From an uncultured Acidimicrobiia bacterium (GTDB lineage Bacteria; Actinomycetota; Acidimicrobiia; Acidimicrobiales; SZUA-35): a stretch of 44,890 bases of DNA. Location: assembly GCA_937890445.1 (NCBI GenBank), contig CALACD010000393.1:1-44890 (forward strand), given 5' to 3'. Shown here piece by piece: positions 25,931 through 33,789 of the stretch (positions within the stretch are counted from its first letter, which is position 1; each line of letters opens with the position of its first letter). A program made the translations under genes and the position numbers. The notes beneath the pieces were generated by a model. That model searched no databases. It worked only from the letters and a program-made list of their open reading frames with translations, and was not told the origin of the DNA.

Positions 25931-27010
25931 TTATCGCCTTCGCTCGGCTCCGAGGTCCAGCAGCAGCGCCTGCAGGAGAAGCACCTCATTGGGATTGCGC
26001 ACCAGTGCCTCCGCGGTCTGTTGGATTGCGTCGAGGGCTCCCAGCAGCTGCCCGTCATGCGACTCGACCAGCTGATCGCGATAGGTCCGAGCCAACGTGG
26101 CCAAGCCGAAACGGAGCTCGTCGATCCGCAGTCGGCGAATCTCCCGCTTGTGACGGGCCACCAGCGCCGCACGTCCGGCCCCCCGCTCCCCGGTTCGTTC
26201 GATCCGAGCTTCGAGCTCGACGAGTTCGGACTCCTGGCGTGCCACAAGTGGTTCCTGCGCCCCGTCCATGCTCTCTCGAACCTGATTGACCAGTTCCCAG
26301 ACGGTGACACCACGCCCATCGAGTCGAGGCGGGATCGAACGCCACAATTCGGCTCGGACGGCCACCGCCTCATCGGTCGACAACAGCCGGGCTCGGTCGA
26401 CATCACCACCAGAGGCATCGGCCGCGATCTTTGCCCGTTTGGGACTGGCTCCCTCGGCCACCAACAGTGCGGTGATCACCTGCGGCGCCACCGATCCGAA
26501 CTCGACGGTGACGCACCGGCTCGCGATCGTGATGATCTCGGGGGGAACGTGCTCGGCCAACAACACGAAGATCGTCGATGCCGGTGGTTCCTCGATCAAC
26601 TTCAAGAGGCGACCGACCGCGGCTTCTTGAATGAGATCGACACCGACCACGACGATGACCTTGCGGGGGCCTTCGACCGGTGACAACTGGGCGGCCCGAA
26701 GGATTTCGGTTGCCTCTTCGACCCGTAGAGCTGCACCCTCGGGTTCGATCACGACCACATCAGGGTGCAGGGCCTCGATCGCCAGCCGGCGGGCCCGCAC
26801 CGCGGCGACTCCGTCGAGGCCATCGGACAACACGAGCGCCGCGAATCCGAGCGCAGCGGCGTAGGTGCCGTTGCCTTGCCGCCCCTTCAGCAAGTAGGCG
26901 TGAACCGGAGCAGCCGCCGCCGCGGTCAAACGCTTGATGGCGGCCTCCTGACCGATGATGGACGCAAAGGCTCCGGGTTGTTCGTGGTCGGCCGTCAGCA
27001 CAGCGCTCAC
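25931..27010 (-). CDS. holB: DNA polymerase III subunit delta-prime
   Basis: Clamp-loader AAA+ layout (IIGQEAAIKRL..., HAYLLKGRQGNGT degenerate P-loop, KVIVVVGVDL). The GTG start overlaps the tmk stop (GTGA). Confidence 0.85.
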   Translation of the reverse strand: MSAVLTADHEQPGAFASIIGQEAAIKRLTAAAAAPVHAYLLKGRQGNGTYAAALGFAALVLSDGLDGVAAVRARRLAIEALHPDVVVIEPEGAALRVEEATEILRAAQLSPVEGPRKVIVVVGVDLIQEAAVGRLLKLIEEPPASTIFVLLAEHVPPEIITIASRCVTVEFGSVAPQVITALLVAEGASPKRAKIAADASGGDVDRARLLSTDEAVAVRAELWRSIPPRLDGRGVTVWELVNQVRESMDGAQEPLVARQESELVELEARIERTGERGAGRAALVARHKREIRRLRIDELRFGLATLARTYRDQLVESHDGQLLGALDAIQQTAEALVRNPNEVLLLQALLLDLGAERRR

Positions 27011-27618
27011 GGCTGAAAGCGGTGACCGACGGCATCCCAGACTGCCGCCGCCACCGCTTCGATCGATCCGCCGGCCGGCACCGTGTGCCAGCGCTGTCGA
27101 TCCCGTGCGGCCAGCAGGCGGAAGGTGTCGTCAACCCGTTGATGGAAGGCTTCGGTCTCCTGCTCGAGCCGGTCCAGGCGCCGATCGAGACGTCTCCTGG
27201 CTTCCTCCCGAGGCAGCTGAAGAAGCACCACGGCATCCGGCCAGCGCCCGCCGAGAGCCCAATCGTTCACCGTCTGCACCTCGTCGATCCCCAACTCTCG
27301 TCCTCCGCCTTGGTAGGCCAACGACGAGTAGGCCGAACGGTCCGAGACGACATGACGGCCGGCGGCAAGGGCGGGTAGCACGACCTCGTCCAGATGCTGG
27401 GCTCGATCTGCGGCCATCATCAACGTCTCGGCTCTGGCCCCGATGGTTGCTTGCTCCGGGTCGAGGACCAAGGTTCTCAGCGATGCTCCCAACGAGGTCG
27501 CTCCCGGCTCGAAGCTGACCAGACCCTCGACGCGCTCGGCCAACACGCGCGCCTGGGTGCTCTTGCCGGTTCCTTCACCGCCTTCGAAAGCGATGTACTG
27601 CGCGCCGAGCGAGGACAA
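27007..27618 (-). CDS. tmk: dTMP kinase
   Basis: P-loop [11 protein letters not shown] and the [12 protein letters not shown] motif. TTG 27618 lies 4 nt after the topA stop. The ORF-track N-terminal extension (Arg-rich) is the alternate frame of the topA Lys-repeat DNA. Confidence 0.83.
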   Translation of the reverse strand: MSSLGAQYIAFEGGEGTGKSTQARVLAERVEGLVSFEPGATSLGASLRTLVLDPEQATIGARAETLMMAADRAQHLDEVVLPALAAGRHVVSDRSAYSSLAYQGGGRELGIDEVQTVNDWALGGRWPDAVVLLQLPREEARRRLDRRLDRLEQETEAFHQRVDDTFRLLAARDRQRWHTVPAGGSIEAVAAAVWDAVGHRFQP

Positions 27619-27622
27619 CGTT

Positions 27623-30445
27623 CTAGAAGGGAGTTTCTTCGTCGGATGTGTCCACCGCCCGAGCCGGCGCCTTCTTGGCCGTTGCCTTCTTCTTGGCCGT
27701 TGCTTTCTTGGCCGTTGCCTTCTTCTTGGCCGTTGCTTTCTTGGCCGTTGCCTTCTTGGCCGTTGCCTTCTTCTTGGTTGCCTTCTTCTTGGCTGCCTTC
27801 TTCTTCGTGGCGGGCCCCTTGGCCCGTCGATCGGCCAGCAACTCCATGGCTCGTTCGATGGTGATCTGCTCCGGATCGTCACCCTTGCGAAGGCTGGCGT
27901 TGGTTTCGCCATCGGTGACGTAGGGACCGAATCGACCTTCCTTGAGCGTGACCTGCTTGTCGTTCGACTCGTCGACGCCCACGATCTTCAAGGGCGCTGT
28001 CGCCTGCTGACCTCGTCGCCGCTTGGGCTGGGCCATCACCTCGATCGCCTGATCCAGGGTGAGCGAGAAGAGCTGGGATTCGGCCTCGAGACTTCGGCTG
28101 TCGCTCTTCTTGCCCTCGGAGTTGTCGGTGACCTTCGTGATGTAGGGACCGAACTTGCCGTTCTGAGCCGTGATGACCCCGCCGTCGCCCGGGTCGACAC
28201 CGACCACTCGGGGCAGCGACAGAAGTTGCACGGCCTGATCGAAGGTCAGAGTCTCGGGCTCCATATCCTTGAACAACGAGGCAGTGCGCGGTTTCTCGAC
28301 GGTTTCGTCGTTGTGCTCCCCCATCGTGAGATACGGCCCGAAACGACCGGCCTTCAACAAGATGGGCAGTTGCGTCTCGGGATGAACGCCGACTTCACGA
28401 TCACCCTTGGGCGCCTCGAGCAGTTCGACGGCCTTGGTGAGGGTGAGCTCATCGGGAGCGATGTCATCAGGGACCGAGGCTCGATCCTCGCCCCGCTCGA
28501 GATACGGCCCGTAGCGACCGACCCGAGCGACGATGGCCACCCCATCGGCATCGACCCCGAGCGGAATCGAGTTGATGGCGCGGGCATCGATGTCGCCCAA
28601 TTGCTCGTTGACCTTGTCCCGCAGGCCTGGCTCGTCGTTCTCGCCGAAGTAGAAGGCTCGGAGGTACGGGATGGCTTCGGCATCACCGTCGGCGATGTGG
28701 TCGAGATCGCTTTCCATTCGGGCGGTGAAGGCGTAATCGACGAGATCGGGGAAATGGCTCTCGAGCAACGTGACGACTGCGAACGCCTTGAAACTCGGTA
28801 CCAGGGCCGTGCCCTTCTTCCAGACGTACTCCCGAGCCTGAATCGTGCCCATGATCGATGCGTAGGTCGAGGGCCGGCCGACGTCGAGTTCCTCGAGCTT
28901 GGCCACCAACGAGGCTTCGGTGTATCGAGCCGGCGGCTGGGTGTCGTGGCCGGCAGCCTCGATCTCACGCACGGTCGCCGCATCGCCCTGTTGGAGCGGG
29001 GGCAGGAGCTGAAGACTCTCGTCCTTGGGGGCAAGGCCATCCCCGGCCTCGACGTCATCATCGGTCGACTCGCGATACACGCTGAGGAAGCCCTGGTGGG
29101 TGATCACGGTGCCCGATGTCGAGAACACCGCGTGGTGCGCTTCGCTGGTCAGCCCGGTGCCGGGCGACGCCTCGGTGTCGACGCCCAGACGGAGGGTCAC
29201 CGTCTCCCCGGTCGCATCGGTCATCTGTGACGCAACGGTTCTCTGCCAGATCAACTCATAGGCCTTGAAATCCTGGGTCGAGAGTTCCGATTTGACCTGC
29301 TCCGGAGTTCGGAACGCATCGCCGGCTGGTCGAATCGCCTCGTGAGCCTCTTGCGCATTCTTCGATTTGCTCTTGTAGGTCCTCGGTTCGTTCGGCAGGA
29401 AATCCGAGCCGTACCGTTCGGTGATCTGGTTCCGGGCCGCGGTGACTGCCGTGTCCGACAGCGTCGTCGAATCGGTTCGCATATAGGTGATGTAGCCACG
29501 CTCGTACAGACCTTGGGCCACTCGCATCGCCTGAGCTGACGACATGCGGAGCCGGCGGCCGGCATCTTGTTGATAGGTCGAGGTGATGAAGGGGGCAGCC
29601 GGACGGCGACGGTACGGCTTGGCTTCTCGGCTCTCGACCGCGGCGGGGCGATCCTCGAGTGCCACCGCCAGCTGCTGAGCCGCAACCTGGTCGAGATGCA
29701 CCGCTTCGGTCCGAGCCAGCCGACCGGAACTGTCGAAGTCTCGTCCCGTGGCCGTCTTGTTGTTGTCCAGCTCCACCAGCATGGCCGTGAAGTCACCATT
29801 GGCTCCCTCAGCGGCGAACGTGGCTTTGAGATCCCAGTAGTTGGCCGACACGAAGGCCATCCGCTCGCGCTCACGCTCGACCACGATCCTGGTGGCAACC
29901 GACTGGACTCGACCGGCTGACAGGCCCGGCATGATCTTCTTCCACAGGACGGGGGACACCTCGTAGCCGACCAAGCGGTCGAGCATCCGTCGGGCCTCCT
30001 GCGCATCGACGACCCGACGATCGAGCTCACCAGGGCTTTCGATGGCCCGCTGGATGGCTTCCTTGGTGATCTCGGTGAACACGATTCGCTTCACCGGAAC
30101 TCTCGGATTCAGGACTTCGGTGAGGTGCCAGGCAATGGCCTCTCCCTCACGATCCTTGTCCGTAGCCAACACCAGTTCGCTGGCATCCTTCATCAGCGCC
30201 TTCAGTTTCCGTACCTGGTCACGCTTCTCGGTCGACACCACGTAGAGGGGCTTGAAGTCGTTGTCGACGTCGATGCCGAGGCTGGCCCACTTCTCGCCCT
30301 TGTAGGCCGCCGGGACATCTGCGGCATTGCGCGGCAGATCGCGGACATGGCCAATCGATGACTCGACCATGTATTCGGCGCCAAGATATTCGGCGATCTT
30401 TACCGCTTTTGCCGGCGACTCGACGATGACCAAGGGTTGTGACAC
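27623..30445 (-). CDS. topA: DNA topoisomerase I (type IA), actinobacterial type with Lys/Ala-rich C-terminal tail
   Basis: TOPRIM ([17 protein letters not shown]), catalytic Tyr region ([10 protein letters not shown]), Cys-less C-terminal repeats, and the tail [51 protein letters not shown] start at 30445. Confidence 0.95.
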   Translation of the reverse strand: MSQPLVIVESPAKAVKIAEYLGAEYMVESSIGHVRDLPRNAADVPAAYKGEKWASLGIDVDNDFKPLYVVSTEKRDQVRKLKALMKDASELVLATDKDREGEAIAWHLTEVLNPRVPVKRIVFTEITKEAIQRAIESPGELDRRVVDAQEARRMLDRLVGYEVSPVLWKKIMPGLSAGRVQSVATRIVVERERERMAFVSANYWDLKATFAAEGANGDFTAMLVELDNNKTATGRDFDSSGRLARTEAVHLDQVAAQQLAVALEDRPAAVESREAKPYRRRPAAPFITSTYQQDAGRRLRMSSAQAMRVAQGLYERGYITYMRTDSTTLSDTAVTAARNQITERYGSDFLPNEPRTYKSKSKNAQEAHEAIRPAGDAFRTPEQVKSELSTQDFKAYELIWQRTVASQMTDATGETVTLRLGVDTEASPGTGLTSEAHHAVFSTSGTVITHQGFLSVYRESTDDDVEAGDGLAPKDESLQLLPPLQQGDAATVREIEAAGHDTQPPARYTEASLVAKLEELDVGRPSTYASIMGTIQAREYVWKKGTALVPSFKAFAVVTLLESHFPDLVDYAFTARMESDLDHIADGDAEAIPYLRAFYFGENDEPGLRDKVNEQLGDIDARAINSIPLGVDADGVAIVARVGRYGPYLERGEDRASVPDDIAPDELTLTKAVELLEAPKGDREVGVHPETQLPILLKAGRFGPYLTMGEHNDETVEKPRTASLFKDMEPETLTFDQAVQLLSLPRVVGVDPGDGGVITAQNGKFGPYITKVTDNSEGKKSDSRSLEAESQLFSLTLDQAIEVMAQPKRRRGQQATAPLKIVGVDESNDKQVTLKEGRFGPYVTDGETNASLRKGDDPEQITIERAMELLADRRAKGPATKKKAAKKKATKKKATAKKATAKKATAKKKATAKKATAKKKATAKKAPARAVDTSDEETPF
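27671..27806. repeat. Imperfect tandem 12-15-bp DNA repeats (cttcttggccgttgc...) encoding the TopA lysine repeats
   Basis: Read directly from the sequence. On the minus strand it encodes (K)KKAT(A) units. Confidence 0.9.
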
Positions 30446-30452
30446 GTGGGGC

Positions 30453-30458
30453 AGACTA
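30453..30458 (-). promoter_or_regulatory. -10-like hexamer TAGTCT, 7 nt upstream of topA GTG 30445
   Basis: Plus strand reads agacta. TAnnnT + 7 nt + GTG. Confidence 0.35.
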
Positions 30459-30526
30459 CGAAGGTGAGCGCCGGTTTTGCGAGCATGCCCGTGTATTTCG
30501 ACGTCGGCGATGCCCTTCGAGGTACC

Positions 30527-31894
30527 TCAGTGAGTGCTGTTCTCGACTGTTGACGACGCCTTGAGATCGACATCTGGCGTGGTCCGCAAGAGTACCCAAC
30601 CAACGATCGTGGCCAGGACCGAAGCGGCCAGAATCCCGAGCGTGGCGTCATCTGCGAACTCCGGATTGTCAAAGGCCAGACCAGAGATGAACAGGGCAAC
30701 CGTGAATCCGATTCCGGCGACGGCGCCTGCGGCCAAGACGTGCCGGATCGAGACGCCGGCCGGAAGGTCAGCGATCTTCAGCTTGATCGCCAACCAAGAG
30801 AAGATCGTGATGCCGATGGGCTTGCCCACCACCAGGCCGACGAGGACGCCCCAGGTGATCGTGGACGAGAACGCCTTGCTGATGGCATCTCCGGACAAGG
30901 CGACTCCGGCGTTTGCCAGGGCGAAGATGGGCACGATGAGGAAGCTCGTCCAGGGACTCAACACGCCGATGAACCGTGACGTGATCGCTACGGTCTCCCT
31001 CGCCTTCCAGTTGGCGTCGCGGACCCGCCCGACCGAGCCCTCGCCGGAGAAGATGTCCTCGAGACCCTCGAAGGAACGGCCTCCCAGAAGCGGTACCGCG
31101 GGTGCAAGGAGCCCGAGGGACACGCCAGCGATGGTGGCATGGATCCCCGAACGGAACGTTGCGTACCATACGAAGACCCCGACCAGCACGTAGACGGGCA
31201 CGTACCACACTCGATAGCGACGCAGGGCAGAGGTGAGGGCGAGCCCGGCAACCGCTGCCAACATCCACCCCATGCTGAACCCGGTCGAATAGAAGACCGC
31301 GATCACGACAATGGCGCCGATGTCGTCGACGATGGCCAAGGTCAACAAGAACAACTTGAGACGCTGCGGCACCCTGGGCCCCATGAGGGCCAGTACGCCC
31401 ACGGCGAACGCAATGTCGGTTGCCATGGGAATTCCCCAGCCGCCGAAACCATCCTGGCCGAGGTTGAAGATCATGTAGATGGCAGCGGGCAGGACCATTC
31501 CGCCCAGCGCAGCAACGGCGGGGAGGGCCGCCACGCGCGGATCCTTGAGATCACCCACCACCAATTCCGACTTGATCTCCAGACCGACGACGAAGAAGAA
31601 GAGCGCCATCAGTCCGTCGTTCACCCACTGCTCGATGTTCAGCGGATGACCGTCGTGGATGAACGGTTGCCAGGCACCGATGGCGAAGTCGACCTCTGTT
31701 TCCCAGAAGTGATGGTAGGTGTCGCCACCGAAGTTGGCCCACAACAACGCAGCAGCGGTCGCGATCAACAGGAGAACGCCTGACGCCGTTTCCTGGGCCA
31801 GGAATCGAACCATGGGACGGGCCACGGCCCGAGCCAAGCGGGTATCGCCGCCACTCCAAGCTTCATCTCGCACCGACAGAGGGGATTCAGACAT
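30527..31894 (-). CDS. nhaA: Na+/H+ antiporter NhaA
   Basis: NhaA-typical N-terminus (FLAQETASGVLLLIATAAALLWAN) and the paired Asp region IVDDIGAIVVIA, with ~12 TM helices. It starts 12 nt after the upstream gene. Confidence 0.92.
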   Translation of the reverse strand: MSESPLSVRDEAWSGGDTRLARAVARPMVRFLAQETASGVLLLIATAAALLWANFGGDTYHHFWETEVDFAIGAWQPFIHDGHPLNIEQWVNDGLMALFFFVVGLEIKSELVVGDLKDPRVAALPAVAALGGMVLPAAIYMIFNLGQDGFGGWGIPMATDIAFAVGVLALMGPRVPQRLKLFLLTLAIVDDIGAIVVIAVFYSTGFSMGWMLAAVAGLALTSALRRYRVWYVPVYVLVGVFVWYATFRSGIHATIAGVSLGLLAPAVPLLGGRSFEGLEDIFSGEGSVGRVRDANWKARETVAITSRFIGVLSPWTSFLIVPIFALANAGVALSGDAISKAFSSTITWGVLVGLVVGKPIGITIFSWLAIKLKIADLPAGVSIRHVLAAGAVAGIGFTVALFISGLAFDNPEFADDATLGILAASVLATIVGWVLLRTTPDVDLKASSTVENSTH

Positions 31895-31906
31895 GAGGGC
31901 GGGAGT

Positions 31907-32326
31907 TTACTGCTCGAGTTCCATCCGCACCGTGGTGCCGGCCGAAGTCGTCTCGAACACGACATCGCTGCTGCTCAACAACTGCATCAGGGGAATGCCG
32001 AAGCCCCCCTCGAGTTGCAGGCGATCGGGGTCGGACATCTCGGGAATGACCACGGGGTCGCTCATACCCGGACCCTCATCACTGACAGAGATACGCACGA
32101 GATCCTCGGTGAGGCCGATCCGCACACGGACTCTCCCTGGCCTATCGGTCAGCAAGTTGGCCTGAATGGCGTTGGTCGTCGCTTCCGACGTGACCCAGCG
32201 AAGATCGTCCAACCGCTCGCCATCGAGAACGTCGAGGCAGGACGCGGCAGCGGCGACGACGATTCGAGCCACCGTCACCATGTCGAGTCGAGAAGGAAGA
32301 TCCAGCTCGACGAACGCCTCAGGCAT
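31907..32326 (-). CDS. RsbW/SpoIIAB-like anti-sigma-factor-type Ser kinase (HATPase_c_2)
   Basis: N-box SEATTNAI, G1 SDEGPGM, G2 EGGFGIPL. No STAS partner or sigma gene is adjacent. Confidence 0.75.
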   Translation of the reverse strand: MPEAFVELDLPSRLDMVTVARIVVAAAASCLDVLDGERLDDLRWVTSEATTNAIQANLLTDRPGRVRVRIGLTEDLVRISVSDEGPGMSDPVVIPEMSDPDRLQLEGGFGIPLMQLLSSSDVVFETTSAGTTVRMELEQ

Positions 32327-32333
32327 GGCGCTG

Positions 32334-32339
32334 AACGTA
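32334..32339 (-). promoter_or_regulatory. -10-like hexamer TACGTT, 7 nt upstream of the RsbW-like ATG 32326
   Basis: Plus strand reads aacgta. TAnnnT + 7 nt + ATG. Confidence 0.35.
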
Positions 32340-32396
32340 GCTCATCCGATCGGTCCGCAGGACATTGACACGGCCCCTCTGCCCACGGGTTCTCGG

Positions 32397-33611
32397 TCAG
32401 TCATGGGCCTTGAGCCAACTGCTGAACGAGAGCACGCTGCCGGGGTTCGGTCGACGTAGCCACGGCCAAGGATGAACGGCTACGGGACGGATCTGTTCGG
32501 CCCGAGTTCCGAAGCCGGGGACGGGAGCGAAGGTGACCGCTGTCTTGCGTCCGCCCAGCACCTCGACCGGTTGCCCGACATGCAGCTCGAGCTCGCGACT
32601 CTCGGCCAACTCGGCCAGGGTCTCGACCAAGAACACCAGGCGCTTGGACGACAGTTGAAGGCGGGCGAGCAAGGGCTGGTCGAACACGAAGACCACGGAA
32701 AGATCGGGGTGAGCGGCCAGTGCCGGGTCGTCTCGACCCAACGACTCCGCTGTCAGCCACACCAGTTCGGGGGCCTCCACCAAGGTCGGCTCCTCCGGTC
32801 CTCGACGCAGTGTCTCGAGCCGATCCGACCGCAAGTCGACCGGCTGTTCGGTCGGCAACAGTTCGGGTTCGTTCGGCCAATCCTCGATCGGGCAAGCGTG
32901 CACGAGGTCGCACGATGCACAGAGCCCGGGGGCCCGCTCCTCGACCTGCCAGCGACTGAAACCGTAGGACTTGGCGGCCCCGACGCCAGACGTCCACTGC
33001 CACCCGAGGCGATTGGCCGCTCTCGACCCATCGAGGAGATGCCGGAAGAAGTAGTCCTCACCGTCTTGCCAGCGAGCCCCCGAACGCACTGCCCAATGGC
33101 TGGCCAACCACATGCGCGACTGATTGACGAGCCACCCGTCGTCCTCCAGTTCGCCGACGGACAGTTCCAGGCAGGCCAGTCGGCGATCCCATTCGAGATG
33201 ATCCGCCACAGGCGGCGGGAGCCGGTGTCGCGTACCGGACGAGGTTCGAGCCCCGAGACGGGCATACCAGTGCCGGGCGTACTCCTGCCACAACAACTCG
33301 TTGCGGAACTTTGCGACATCGGCACTCGGGCCACCCTCGACCCGATCCCACACCCTCTGCAACGAGAGCAGTCCGTGACGGATGTAGGGAGAGAGTGCCG
33401 ACGAGGCACGACGGGGTTGGGGGTAGACCTCGTTGCGTCCCGCCGCGTATCCCTCGACGTCGAAACGATCCAAGATCGCCTCAGCCTGGCTCTGGCCACC
33501 TCGAAACCGTTGAGAGCCCCTCACGACATCGCTGACCAACGCACTCAGATGGTCGCTGACGAACGCCTCTGCGGAGTCGCGGCCTTGGGATGGGATGGGC
33601 AAACGGGTCAC
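32397..33611 (-). CDS. Cryptochrome/photolyase-family protein of the Fe-S (FeS-BCP/PhrB-CryB) type with inverted domain order (catalytic helical domain first, alpha/beta domain last)
   Basis: aa ~35-245: RGGQSQAEAILDRF...GRN...SSALSPYIRHGLLS, FRNELLWQEYARHWY, DGWLVNQSRMWLASHW...WQDGEDYFFRHLLDGSRAANRLGWQWTSG (FAD_binding_7-like). Four Cys, C147 and C231-x2-C234-x5-C240-P, are spaced like the PhrB 4Fe-4S ligands. aa ~282-395: ELVWLTAESLGRDDPALAAHPDLSVVFVFDQPLLARLQLSSKRLVFLVETLAELAES..LELHVGQP resembles the N-terminal alpha/beta photolyase domain. GTG start, with a GGAG SD 5 nt upstream. Confidence 0.65.
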   Translation of the reverse strand: MTRLPIPSQGRDSAEAFVSDHLSALVSDVVRGSQRFRGGQSQAEAILDRFDVEGYAAGRNEVYPQPRRASSALSPYIRHGLLSLQRVWDRVEGGPSADVAKFRNELLWQEYARHWYARLGARTSSGTRHRLPPPVADHLEWDRRLACLELSVGELEDDGWLVNQSRMWLASHWAVRSGARWQDGEDYFFRHLLDGSRAANRLGWQWTSGVGAAKSYGFSRWQVEERAPGLCASCDLVHACPIEDWPNEPELLPTEQPVDLRSDRLETLRRGPEEPTLVEAPELVWLTAESLGRDDPALAAHPDLSVVFVFDQPLLARLQLSSKRLVFLVETLAELAESRELELHVGQPVEVLGGRKTAVTFAPVPGFGTRAEQIRPVAVHPWPWLRRPNPGSVLSFSSWLKAHD

Positions 33612-33777
33612 TGACGCTCCAACACGACGAAGTCCTCCGGTATCTATCGGCGGCCGAGTCGCAGACCTGACTGGGTGATCTCACCATGTCGCCTGTGATG
33701 CACTCACCCGGGAGGCCCGCGAGCTGTGCACGCCATCCTGTTGCCGGCCCTGCCGTAGCGATAGGGGACAAAATGCC

Positions 33778-33783
33778 TACGCT
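33778..33783 (+). promoter_or_regulatory. -10-like hexamer TACGCT, 6 nt upstream of helicase ATG 33790
   Basis: TAnnnT + 6 nt + ATG, read directly. Confidence 0.35.
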
Positions 33784-33789
33784 TGGACG

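Noticed and set aside
27619-27912. An Arg-rich N-terminal extension of tmk ([17 protein letters not shown]...) and a hydrophobic repeat ORF at 27648..27923.
   Set aside because: Both are alternate-frame or antisense readings of the topA lysine-repeat DNA. The dTMP kinase domain begins right after the topA stop, at TTG 27618.
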